Assembly (NCBI GenBank): GCA_965228855.1
Contig: CBDDIJ010000002.1
Span: 2,272,001-2,336,000 of the forward strand
From: Candidatus Obscuribacterales bacterium
GTDB lineage: Bacteria > Cyanobacteriota > Vampirovibrionia > Obscuribacterales > Obscuribacteraceae
DNA: 64,000 nucleotides
Direction of reading: 5' to 3'
Part shown: piece after piece, positions 39,297 to 48,657 of the stretch
Position numbering within the stretch: position 1 is the stretch's first letter
Layout: each line of letters begins with the position of its first letter
Program-made: the position numbers and the translations under genes
Notes under the pieces: model-generated
Told to the model about the DNA's origin: nothing
The model's database searches: none
Seen by the model: only the letters and a program-made list of their open reading frames with translations

Positions 39297-39522
39297 TCTG
39301 CTCCACTTGTTTCATTACAATGTTCGACGGACTGGTTCAGGAATTCCATCCTGGTTAGGAAACCGACAGTTGCTGCGTTTTTCTACACATGCAATGGCGC
39401 TGCACATAAGCGCCCCCATCCGGACTGGAACTCCTTCCGTGCCAAGTCATGTTATTGTCCGACGCGCACCTTTCACCCTTGTTTCCTCAATTCAGTATTC
39501 AAGCACTTTTCTGAGATTTATG

Positions 39523-40260
39523 TTATTCCGAGCTCTTTCGGCCGCGTTGGTCGAGGTTCCCTGAATTCGATGAAGCTCGATCTGGGCCGGCGTCCGTCCC
39601 ACGGATTTCTTGGGGCGGGGTCTGAGGCTGCTTCGGCTTATCGCCAATTTTTGATTCGGTCCCTGCCATCAAGCGTTTTATATTGTCTTTATGGCGGACC
39701 ACGACGTAGACGCATGCCACCAGTGAGAAGACTAATACCGCAGGTGGTGCGCCGCAAAAATACATGAAAGCCGGACACGCAAGAGCTGCCGTGATTGATG
39801 CTAGTGAAACAAACTTGCTTACAAAAACAATTGCAATCCACCAGCCAAAAGTTAGCGAGGCCGCCATCGGGTTCAACCCATACAGAGTGCCAAGAGTTGT
39901 AGCCGCGCTCTTCCCTCCGCTGAAGCCCAGGAAGATAGATTTGCTATGTCCTACGATGCAAATGATTGCCACCAGGGTTGGTATCAGGTGAGGGTAATAG
40001 AACGGCAAAGTGTTCCAGACGCTCTGCTCAAGATAGGCAGCCAGCGCGACGGGAATGTATCCCTTAATAACGTCGAAGACTAGTACGAAAATTCCGGCGC
40101 CCTTGCCTGCGGCTCGTAAGACGTTTGTCGCACCGGTGGAGCCGCTTCCGATCGTTCTTATGTCAATACCTTTGAGCGATTTGACTACCCAGTATCCCGT
40201 CGGAATCGATCCCGCTACATATGCGAGAAGCAAAATCCCGATAGCATACGCGGTGCTCAT
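39523..40260 (-). CDS. plsY: Glycerol-3-phosphate acyltransferase PlsY
   Basis: GSIPTG, DIRTIGSGSTGATNV, GGKSAAT, HKDNI. Confidence 0.95.
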   Translation of the reverse strand: MSTAYAIGILLLAYVAGSIPTGYWVVKSLKGIDIRTIGSGSTGATNVLRAAGKGAGIFVLVFDVIKGYIPVALAAYLEQSVWNTLPFYYPHLIPTLVAIICIVGHSKSIFLGFSGGKSAATTLGTLYGLNPMAASLTFGWWIAIVFVSKFVSLASITAALACPAFMYFCGAPPAVLVFSLVACVYVVVRHKDNIKRLMAGTESKIGDKPKQPQTPPQEIRGTDAGPDRASSNSGNLDQRGRKSSE

Positions 40261-41648
40261 TTACCTTCTCGCTTTTTGGGTCGGGCGGCAATTCGAATCG
40301 GTGTTCCGGTGAATCCGAACGCTTCGCGAATTTTTCGTTCCAAATATACTTTGTAGTTCGCGCCCAGAAGTTTTTCATCATTGACGAACAATATAAATGT
40401 AGGCGGCGCTGAAGACACTTGGGTTGCGTAATAGACTTTGAGGCGCTTGCCGCGCTTACTGGCAGGAGGCGGCACGAGGGCTACCGCTTCGCTGACGACC
40501 TGATTGACGAGGTTGGTCGAAATGCGGCGGTGGGTTTCTGCAAAGGCACGCTCCGCCGCTTCAATTATTTTGCCGACCCTCAGCTTCGTAAGAGCGCTTG
40601 TGAAGAGGACCTCTGCGTAAGCAATGTGCCTCATCTCCGCCTTGACTTCGGCGAGCATTTTATTCATCGTCGCGGAGGATTTGTTTTCGATTAAGTCCCA
40701 TTTGTTGAAAACCAGCACCACGCCTCGACCAGCTTCCTCGATCTTCGCTGCGATCTTTTGATCTTGATCGGTTATCGGTTCTGAAGCGTCGATGACATGA
40801 ACGGTGACATCAGCGTGGTCGATTGCTCGAATGGATCTGACGACGGAGAAGCCCTCGATTCCGTAGTCTACGCGTGACTTGCGACGAATGCCGGCCGTGT
40901 CGATTAGAGTGATATCTCGGCCATGAAATTTGATCGGTGTGTCGATGGCATCACGAGTGGTGCCAGGTACATCGGACACAATCGTTCTATCGGCACCGCA
41001 CAAAACGTTCAGTATCGAGGATTTACCGACGTTCGGTTTGCCGACGATGGCGATTGAGAATGGTTTAGTAGACAGATCTTCTTCTGTTTCTTCTATGCCT
41101 TCGTCGTCTTCAAAACCGTTCTTATCTTTTTTGGTTGCTTTTGTGCCCTTCGTGAAATTTTGCACGATCAAGTCGAGCAAATCGCCGACGCCGCCAGTTC
41201 CCCGCGCCGCTGACAATGAATGCGGTTCCCCGAGGCCGAGCGCGTGAAATTCCGGCACGTTGATTTGTTCCGCCGGGCGATCGATTTTATTGACAGCAAG
41301 AATAATCGGTTTTTTGCTGCGTCTCAAAAGATTGGCTACATCTTCATCTTGACCGGTCGGGCCTTCCTTGCCGTCGACCATGAAAACAATCACATCTGCT
41401 TCGTCGATCGCGAGCATGACCTGGTCGCGCACGTGAGCTGCCATGGGCTCTTCCGTTTCCGTGATGATCCCGCCCGTGTCGACGAGCACGAAATCATGAC
41501 CGCTCCAGTCTGTTTCAACATATAAACGATCGCGAGTGACGCCCGGGCGGTCGTCTACGATTGCATGGCGCCTGCCGATGCAACGATTGAAGAAAGTAGA
41601 TTTTCCGACATTTGGCCGACCAACTATGGCGACCACATTCTTGGCCAT
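40257..41648 (-). CDS. der: Ribosome biogenesis GTPase Der (EngA)
   Basis: Two G domains: GRPNVGKS/DTGG/NKID and GKPNVGKS/DTAG/NKWD; C-terminal FGFTGTPIR. Confidence 0.97.
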   Translation of the reverse strand: MAKNVVAIVGRPNVGKSTFFNRCIGRRHAIVDDRPGVTRDRLYVETDWSGHDFVLVDTGGIITETEEPMAAHVRDQVMLAIDEADVIVFMVDGKEGPTGQDEDVANLLRRSKKPIILAVNKIDRPAEQINVPEFHALGLGEPHSLSAARGTGGVGDLLDLIVQNFTKGTKATKKDKNGFEDDEGIEETEEDLSTKPFSIAIVGKPNVGKSSILNVLCGADRTIVSDVPGTTRDAIDTPIKFHGRDITLIDTAGIRRKSRVDYGIEGFSVVRSIRAIDHADVTVHVIDASEPITDQDQKIAAKIEEAGRGVVLVFNKWDLIENKSSATMNKMLAEVKAEMRHIAYAEVLFTSALTKLRVGKIIEAAERAFAETHRRISTNLVNQVVSEAVALVPPPASKRGKRLKVYYATQVSSAPPTFILFVNDEKLLGANYKVYLERKIREAFGFTGTPIRIAARPKKREGK

Positions 41649-41677
41649 GGGACAACCTCTGTGGTCGCTTAACTATA

Positions 41678-43813
41678 TCAAGATTTGTCGTCTGGCTTGG
41701 TTTTTCCGGTAAAGGGAGATGAACTTCCGCCCGCTTTCGAGCCGAACTTTCCACCCAGTTTTGGCGTGTTCTGTTCCAGCCAGCGCAGAAGCGAGTCCTT
41801 TGCCGTGTTAAGTACTATGGATGACTCGGTGTCGCCCCCGAGGTCGGGGTGAACCGCCGTAATTTGCTTTTTCCATTCCTTGAGAACTGTTTCCTTGGTC
41901 AGTTCTTCCGGTCGCAGACCAAGCAGCATGCAATTTTTACGAATTTCCTGCGGAATATGTTTGGACAGCACGCTGTTCGCAGCGTTTGAACTGCCGGCGC
42001 CCGCCGCGGCTGCTGCGGGTTCTGCAGGTTGACCGCCGCCCAGACCGCCACCGAGCCCACCGACTCCTGGATTGGGAGCCGCTTTACCGCCTACAAATTT
42101 CTTGAGTCCTGAGAGTCCCGCTTTACTGCCGTCAGGTGCTGGAGGCGTGCGAACTTCCATATCACTTCCCATCTCTTTAGCAGCAGCAGCGCGGTTTTTA
42201 ATCAGTTCGCGAAGCTGTTCGTCTGAGACTTGAGCCGCTTCCACAGCCACGTCTTCGGTCGTGGTCTCACCTGGCTGATCGAAATCGATGTTTATCGGTT
42301 CGTTGAGGACGTCGATAGTACCCAATTCTTCGAGTTCTTCAAGCGATTCGAAAATATCCAGTTTGTCGATATCAATGAGCTCGTCTATGAAGTCTAGAGC
42401 GTTCTCACCTTTCGGCGCTTCGGGGTCTGATGGTTCAACCACCGGTTCTTGAGCCTGGAAAACTTGCGTTTCCGGCTGTTCGTAAGAATCTTGTGCGTGG
42501 AGACTGTAATCGATGTCCGGCCCCTTGCGCTTCCGGCTCGCCTGTTCATCAGTGTTTCCATCCGCATTCGAGGCCGCCGGCTGCGGCGTTTCCGCTGCAA
42601 CTTCCTCCGGTGTCCCGCCTTGAGCATAGTCCGTGAGGTTTTTTGAAAAATCCCTGATCGAGAGAACGCCCATGCTATAAACCGTTTCCAGATCTCGCCA
42701 ACTCAACGATTCGAGAGGATTGAACGTGGAAGCGACATATGGACCGGTTTTTGCGAAGTTCATGACACGGTCAGGTTCCCAGGCACCCTGCTGGTCTTGC
42801 AGGGGAGCTGGAGCCGGCTCACTCTGGCGCATCTCGACGTTCGGCATCTCCTGATGCATTTCGTAGTATTGTCCCGGAGTGTAGACGACCTGGTCGCCTG
42901 TCGCGACGTGCTCGGTCGCCGGCGCCTGCTCTTGCGTGGGCGCAAATTCTGCCTGGGCGGCAGCGTTTGAAACGTCCTGCGCAGAGATCTGGTCAGGATT
43001 TTCTGGTGTCCTTTCGCTCAGACCTTTCTGATAGCCGATGTTAAATGCGTTTTGCAACTGCAATGCCAACATGTCCGCTTCTTGCTGAAGCTCAGCCAAC
43101 TTAGCCTCCAGCTCCAGAATTAAAGATTCGTGCTGCTGGTTAGTCATCTCCAACAGCGCTATATGCTCGTTGTTAGAGCGATTGCTGGAGACCAGTTCTT
43201 CCATCCGCAAAGCCATTTCGCGGTTGATACTTTCCATTTCGCCCTTGGAAGAAGCCGTACCGGCTTGCTCTTTGAGGCTATTTCGCAATATGGCGCTCTC
43301 CGATTCTAGTTCTCTCAAGCGCGCATTTATAGCCTCATTGACTCTTTCAAGTCCGGAAACCGAGCGAGCTAAATCGACCTTGTCCTCTTCGAGCGTCACC
43401 ACCTGAGCCAGCGCTTGTTCCAGTTCTCTTTCCAGATGTTTGAGTTGCTCGTCGGATTCAGAGCTCAAGAGCGCTTTGACTTGCTCGTTCAATATGTCGT
43501 CATCCGGCAAGCCCGGTATATCAGGAGCGCCAGTGCTGGTTTCAAGCTTGCTTCGCAGGCTTTTTAATTCAGCTTCGAGTTCTGCAACTCGCGACTGGCT
43601 GCCGGGATCTGTGGTTGTAAAACTAACATCGCCGCCGCGTGCGTCGACGATCATCTGCATGAATTCTTTATTTCGAGAAATATCAGCAGGCGACACCTTT
43701 GCTTCTTCAGCAACGGTATAGGGGTTTAAGTCCCATCCTTTGCCCATTACTGACGTAATGGCAGCTTCAATGTGGGATTTAGATATGGTTTCGGAGGTTA
43801 CGTTCTCGGACAT
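41678..43813 (-). CDS. Large coiled-coil/acidic protein with C-terminal J domain
   Basis: LLGLRP...[19 protein letters not shown]...LNTAKDSL (HPD); long heptad region; ATG 43813 preferred over GTG 43897. Confidence 0.8.
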   Translation of the reverse strand: MSENVTSETISKSHIEAAITSVMGKGWDLNPYTVAEEAKVSPADISRNKEFMQMIVDARGGDVSFTTTDPGSQSRVAELEAELKSLRSKLETSTGAPDIPGLPDDDILNEQVKALLSSESDEQLKHLERELEQALAQVVTLEEDKVDLARSVSGLERVNEAINARLRELESESAILRNSLKEQAGTASSKGEMESINREMALRMEELVSSNRSNNEHIALLEMTNQQHESLILELEAKLAELQQEADMLALQLQNAFNIGYQKGLSERTPENPDQISAQDVSNAAAQAEFAPTQEQAPATEHVATGDQVVYTPGQYYEMHQEMPNVEMRQSEPAPAPLQDQQGAWEPDRVMNFAKTGPYVASTFNPLESLSWRDLETVYSMGVLSIRDFSKNLTDYAQGGTPEEVAAETPQPAASNADGNTDEQASRKRKGPDIDYSLHAQDSYEQPETQVFQAQEPVVEPSDPEAPKGENALDFIDELIDIDKLDIFESLEELEELGTIDVLNEPINIDFDQPGETTTEDVAVEAAQVSDEQLRELIKNRAAAAKEMGSDMEVRTPPAPDGSKAGLSGLKKFVGGKAAPNPGVGGLGGGLGGGQPAEPAAAAAGAGSSNAANSVLSKHIPQEIRKNCMLLGLRPEELTKETVLKEWKKQITAVHPDLGGDTESSIVLNTAKDSLLRWLEQNTPKLGGKFGSKAGGSSSPFTGKTKPDDKS

Positions 43814-43981
43814 GCTTTTAGTAGGTGGGTTTTCCGCGGCGCGAATCGACACGAGAATGGTCGCTCGAGTGACGAGCTGATCAGTCAGTATAGCCACTCT
43901 TATATTTTATTTCTTCCCTCTCGAATCAAAAACCTGCAAGTTTTTCTGGTAACTTATTCTGAACTTTGGCGGTACAAAATT

Positions 43982-44284
43982 GTGCATCGAGCAAGACTGA
44001 GAATTCGAGGGCGAGTTCAGGGCGTTTTTTACAGAAAAAGCGCTGAAGAGGCTGCCAATAAACTGGGCTTAGCCGGTTGGGTGCGAAACCTGCCGGATGG
44101 CAGTGTTGAAGCTTACGCTTGCGGGGAGCGCGAAACCATCGAGTGCTTTGCAAGCTGGTGTCATGCCGGCCCTCCCGGTGCGCGCGTTGAATCGGTCGAA
44201 CTGGTCTGGCGGGAGCGCGCCGAGGACGAAGATGAAAAACACGTCGAGCCTGGCTGCGGTTTCAACGTCACCTGGTTAAGCTAG
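43982..44284 (+). CDS. acyP: Acylphosphatase
   Basis: [31 protein letters not shown] start inferred. Confidence 0.92.
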   Translation: MHRARLRIRGRVQGVFYRKSAEEAANKLGLAGWVRNLPDGSVEAYACGERETIECFASWCHAGPPGARVESVELVWRERAEDEDEKHVEPGCGFNVTWLS

Positions 44285-44290
44285 GCTGCT

Positions 44291-46660
44291 CTAGCTAATC
44301 AGGCGAGAGCCCGGCCCTTCGAAGATTCGATACGCCTCTTTGATTTTTCCGGAGTCAAGACCATCACCCAGCGCGTCTAGCGCCGCTGAGGTATCCGCTT
44401 TTGATTGACTTACTACTGGGGCTGCCGACTGCGAGCGACCCCTATCAGCCTCCTCGTCCAGATCCCGCTGCTCAGATCTGCCTGAGCTGGGTTCCGGACG
44501 TGTGGCAGTTGCGGTGTTCGATGGTGTGCGGTTGTAGGCGTTGTTCGGTTCTTGCGGGAGCCTTGCCGCCGCTGGCTCTTGCGAAGCTCGAAGCGCCACG
44601 TCGTTACGTTGAGGTGCGGACTGCATCGGTGCATCGCCGCCACGTGGAGCTGCGTTATGGGCAGCTCCGCCACCAGGCGGCGCTCCCTCCGCAATGACCT
44701 TCACTATGATGCGAACCTCGTCATTCCAGACGTCTCGGTACGCTTCCATGATCTTGTTGGTCTTGTTTTCAATCGACTTCTGAAAGAATTCCTTCGGTAC
44801 GCCGATCGTAAGGGTTTTCGACTCGAAGCGAATCGGAAATGCGTGCGTAGAGACAAGGCTGAATGCCGGAATACTGCGTTTGTGGATCGCTTCGAGCAAC
44901 TCTCCCCACATCTCGTCCAGCCCGGACTGCGAAAGCTCGCCCTGTCCTTCACCCTCCACGTAGTCAGAAGGCTGAGGCGGAGCGGCTTGACGTTGTGGCG
45001 GTGCGGCCGCCTGTGCCGCCGGTCGCTGGACCGGAGCGGGAGAAGCCGCGGCTTGAGCTACTGGTCGAGAGGCGAAGCCCTCACCATCTTCCTCTTCCTC
45101 CTCGAAGCTGCGGTCGTACATCACGCCTCCGGCGGGCGCAGGAGCTTGATCCATTGTTTGAACCGATGAAACGACAACCGGTGCAGCGGCCCCTTCATCT
45201 TCGTCATCATCTCCTTGAATCAAGGCAAATCCTCCGGCCGGAGCTGCGCTTGCAGCCGGTTCTACTCGCGCAGGCGCGGGTGGAGGTGTCGCAGAAACGG
45301 GTGCTTCCGGTCTCGGTGCCGGCTCACTGCGCGGCGGGGCTTCCTGTCTTGGCGCTGAATAAGATTGCGGCGCCGCTGCCGGACTGGGTTGCCCACCGTA
45401 TGAAGGTCTTGCCGGAGGTGCGGCGGAGGCACCGGGACCGCCAGGCGGGCGAGCTGCCGCGCGCGGCATCTCTCCGCTTGCCATCGCTTCCTGCAGCTTG
45501 GCTATCTTCTGCTCGAGTTCGCGGATGCTGGTTATGTCGTGGCGGTGGCACAGTGAAAGCAGCGCTATCTCAAGCGTCATCGACGGCTGAGTCGAACGCT
45601 TCAAAGCTTGTTCCAGATTGTCGAGTTGTTCGACCATCTGCGAGAGCTCCACTCGTTCGAATTGCGTGGATTGCTCCACCAACCCTTCTATGTATTCCTT
45701 CGAGCCGAGGACGAAGCGCCGCGCCTCATCGGCGTTGCCTTCTTTGGCGGTAACATATGAAGCCTTCGCCAGGTTCAAAAAGTGCTTAGCTAATTCCTGC
45801 GCAATCAAGGCTGGCTCTCGACCCTGCATTACCAGTCCGGAAATTCCGTCGAGAACATCCTTACCGTTTCGTTCCAAAATGCCACGGCTCAACGTCAACA
45901 AAACGTCCTCATCAAGCGCTCCTAAGAGGACGAGCAAGTCTTTCTGCGTGACAGGTTCTCCCGGTCTTGCCAGCAAGCTCGCCTGATCGAGCAGTCCGAG
46001 AGCGTCTCTCAGACCGCCTCCCGACTTCCTGGTGATCAACTCTATCGCGTCTTGTTGAATCTCGATATTTTCTTTGGCCGCTACGGAAGCTAGATGCTCT
46101 GCCAATTCATCGAGGTTTGCCAATCTAAACATCAGGCGCTGGCAACGGCTCAAAATCGTCGGCGGAACCTTGTGTTCCTCGGTGGTGGCAAGGATGAAGA
46201 TTACGTTGGGCGGCGGCTCTTCAATGGTTTTGAGCAAAGCATTGAATGCCTCTTTCGTGAGCATGTGACATTCGTCGACGATGTAGAGTTTGTTGCGTCC
46301 GCCCTGTGCCACCAGTGGTGCGCGCTCGATCAACATACGCGCGTCGTCGACGCTGTTGTTTGACGCCGCGTCAATCTCGAACACTGATGGACAGCTGCTT
46401 TCTTTGATTGAAACGCATGATGCGCATTGCAAGCACGGCGTGACCGTGGGGCCATTCTCGCAGTTTATTGACTTCGCCAAAATTCTTGCGGAAGAGGTTT
46501 TGCCGCATCCACGAGGACCAGTAAAAAGATATGCATGAGCTATGCGATTGTTTTCGATCGCGTTTGTGAGTGTCTTCACAACCGACTTCTGACCAACCAG
46601 GTCTCCCAGCGTTTGCGGTCGATGTTTCAGGTATAAAGGTAGATACTTCGATTGGTCCAC
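44291..46660 (-). CDS. dnaX: DNA polymerase III subunit gamma/tau
   Basis: KHRPQT...GQ, AYLFTGPRGCGKTS, Zn cysteines, EIDAASN, DECHML, NALLKTIEEPP, SRC. Confidence 0.96.
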   Translation of the reverse strand: MDQSKYLPLYLKHRPQTLGDLVGQKSVVKTLTNAIENNRIAHAYLFTGPRGCGKTSSARILAKSINCENGPTVTPCLQCASCVSIKESSCPSVFEIDAASNNSVDDARMLIERAPLVAQGGRNKLYIVDECHMLTKEAFNALLKTIEEPPPNVIFILATTEEHKVPPTILSRCQRLMFRLANLDELAEHLASVAAKENIEIQQDAIELITRKSGGGLRDALGLLDQASLLARPGEPVTQKDLLVLLGALDEDVLLTLSRGILERNGKDVLDGISGLVMQGREPALIAQELAKHFLNLAKASYVTAKEGNADEARRFVLGSKEYIEGLVEQSTQFERVELSQMVEQLDNLEQALKRSTQPSMTLEIALLSLCHRHDITSIRELEQKIAKLQEAMASGEMPRAAARPPGGPGASAAPPARPSYGGQPSPAAAPQSYSAPRQEAPPRSEPAPRPEAPVSATPPPAPARVEPAASAAPAGGFALIQGDDDEDEGAAAPVVVSSVQTMDQAPAPAGGVMYDRSFEEEEEDGEGFASRPVAQAAASPAPVQRPAAQAAAPPQRQAAPPQPSDYVEGEGQGELSQSGLDEMWGELLEAIHKRSIPAFSLVSTHAFPIRFESKTLTIGVPKEFFQKSIENKTNKIMEAYRDVWNDEVRIIVKVIAEGAPPGGGAAHNAAPRGGDAPMQSAPQRNDVALRASQEPAAARLPQEPNNAYNRTPSNTATATRPEPSSGRSEQRDLDEEADRGRSQSAAPVVSQSKADTSAALDALGDGLDSGKIKEAYRIFEGPGSRLIS

Positions 46661-46929
46661 TTAGCTAACCCATATTTGCGAATGCCGCAATATATGCGGA
46701 AATTCGCGGTTTCACTGATTTCTTCGGGGACGAGCTCTCGTCCAGATAAAATCGTAACCGATCGCCCGCTCTAATCACGTTGAAAACTTGCATGTTCAAT
46801 CTAAACTATCTAAAAAGTTGCTGATTCAACTGACAAGCGGCAAGCCCTTTGCAAACTTTGGTTTCTGCGTGCTCGATTTACAGAGAGACGGTAAGATTTC
46901 AATAGGTCGGCGTCAGGATACAAGATTTT

Positions 46930-47598
46930 ATGTTCGAATTTTTCAAAAGCAGATGCGGCGAACGTATTTTGTTTATCGGCGTTGTATCAATGGCTTTTGC
47001 AATCTGTGGGTGCGCATCCACAACTGGCGCGAAGGAGACCGCGCAGATCGGTGCTGAAACGAGTAGCGACCCTGAGCAAATCACGGATTCCGAGCAGTCG
47101 CTGGAAGTATCTAAAGTTAAAACTCCGCCTGGTCTGGAAAAGGCGGTGCTCGCCGCCGGCTGTTTCTGGGGCGTCGAGAAAATATTGCAGGAGTTGCATG
47201 GAGTGAAGGCGACAACGGTTGGTTACACGGGTGGTAAAGAGCTGGATACCGATTACAACCGCGTATGCGCGGGTCGAACCGGTCACGCCGAAGCCGTGGA
47301 GATCTTTTTCGATCCTAAACAGATATCGTTTCACGCGCTTCTGAGCAAGTTCTTTGACCTCCATGATGCAGGCGACAAAGAAGGATTGACATTCCATGGC
47401 GGTCAGTATCGCTCTGCAATTTTCTACACAAGCGATGAACAGAAGAAGGTCGCCGAAGACTTTGTGAAACAGCTAGAGGCGAAAGAGCATCACAAGATCT
47501 ACACGCAAATCGTGCCCGCTACGGATTTTGTAGTGGCAGAGGATTTTCACCAGAATTATTTGAAAGTTCGTGGTCTGGAAGCCAGTTGCCACAAGTAA
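46930..47598 (+). CDS. msrA: Peptide methionine sulfoxide reductase A, probable lipoprotein
   Basis: GCFWG, GYTGG, TGHAEAV, QYRSAIF, AEDFHQNY; N-terminal hydrophobic stretch ending ICGC. Confidence 0.93.
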   Translation: MFEFFKSRCGERILFIGVVSMAFAICGCASTTGAKETAQIGAETSSDPEQITDSEQSLEVSKVKTPPGLEKAVLAAGCFWGVEKILQELHGVKATTVGYTGGKELDTDYNRVCAGRTGHAEAVEIFFDPKQISFHALLSKFFDLHDAGDKEGLTFHGGQYRSAIFYTSDEQKKVAEDFVKQLEAKEHHKIYTQIVPATDFVVAEDFHQNYLKVRGLEASCHK

Positions 47599-47649
47599 TA
47601 CGTTTAATTGAACCGAGAAATTTTGAACCGGTTTAGTCGGTTTCGAAAC

Positions 47650-48519
47650 CTACCGTGCCGCCATTTCCCTGGTCAATTCTACGAGTTGTTTCTTCGCTTC
47701 AGCGCTGGAAAGCTTTACACGTTGACCGTGTCCGGGCAGAACCCATTCGAAATCAAAGTCGATAAGCGTCTTCATCGACTCTGTTTGTTCTGACCAGGAA
47801 TACCAGCAGTAATCTCGAAACGCTTCGAGATGTTTCGCTTCGCGGCTGAAGTATAGATGATCTCCAGTGAATAGAAACTTGTTGCGGTATAGCAAAACCA
47901 TATGCCCCTTTGTGTGCCCTGGGGTGTGAACTATTTCGAAACCGTCGGGAATGTCCGCAAAAGCACTTGCGTCCTCAATTACGATCTCCGCATCCCGACA
48001 CGCTTGAATAGCATCTGCGTGAATGATTCGTTGCGCTTTAAACTTTTCCGCAAAACGATCTGCATCCGCTACATCGTCCTCGTGTGTGAGAAAAATGTAT
48101 TTCAATCCGCCGCGTTCCTCTATTCGTTTGACCAGGTGCTGGTTGAACTTAGGAGCATCAATGAGCCAGTTGCCACCTGCGTTTTCGATGAAGTATGAGT
48201 TTCCGCCATAGCTTTTGGGGGAATTGAAACCGCAATAGAATACACCGTCCTCGATTGGCAACGGAAAATCATCCATCACTTCTGCGGCGATATTGTTGCC
48301 GTCGCAACCGATGGAACCGGTCGGACAGGCAAGAAGCGCTTGAGTCGCTTTTCTTCGAGCTTGCACGGAGTTCGGCTGTTCCCAAACGTATGAATAGTCT
48401 CCTGCGTCCTTGAATGACTCCGGCGCAATTTGCCTGCACGTATCGCAGTCAATACAAGTGGTATCAACGAAAAAGTCTCCGTCCACGTTTTCTCTCACAA
48501 TTTTCTTTCTGTCGGCCAT
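47650..48519 (-). CDS. MBL-fold metallo-hydrolase with N-terminal ferredoxin-like domain
   Basis: CIDCDTC...ACPTGSI; THEDDV, TPGHT, FTGDHL, LPGHG. Confidence 0.88.
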   Translation of the reverse strand: MADRKKIVRENVDGDFFVDTTCIDCDTCRQIAPESFKDAGDYSYVWEQPNSVQARRKATQALLACPTGSIGCDGNNIAAEVMDDFPLPIEDGVFYCGFNSPKSYGGNSYFIENAGGNWLIDAPKFNQHLVKRIEERGGLKYIFLTHEDDVADADRFAEKFKAQRIIHADAIQACRDAEIVIEDASAFADIPDGFEIVHTPGHTKGHMVLLYRNKFLFTGDHLYFSREAKHLEAFRDYCWYSWSEQTESMKTLIDFDFEWVLPGHGQRVKLSSAEAKKQLVELTREMAAR

Positions 48520-48657
48520 AAGCGCGATTCTCTTCGTGGAGTTATGCTTCGAGTTTAGATCTTAAAACATCAGGCGGCAACCGATTGTTTTGGCCTGAAG
48601 TTAGTTGCGTCTGCCGATGATGTACGATACGAATGATAGCTTTGCCGTGGTCGAAAA

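Noticed and set aside
44291..46660. Programmed frameshift or slippage site in dnaX
   Set aside because: I saw no A AAA AAG heptamer or long homopolymer run in the linker region
46661..46929. SRP RNA (often upstream of dnaX) and small hairpins such as GGACGAG-CT-CTCGTCC at 46728-46743
   Set aside because: No SRP domain IV motif on either strand; short hairpins alone support no call
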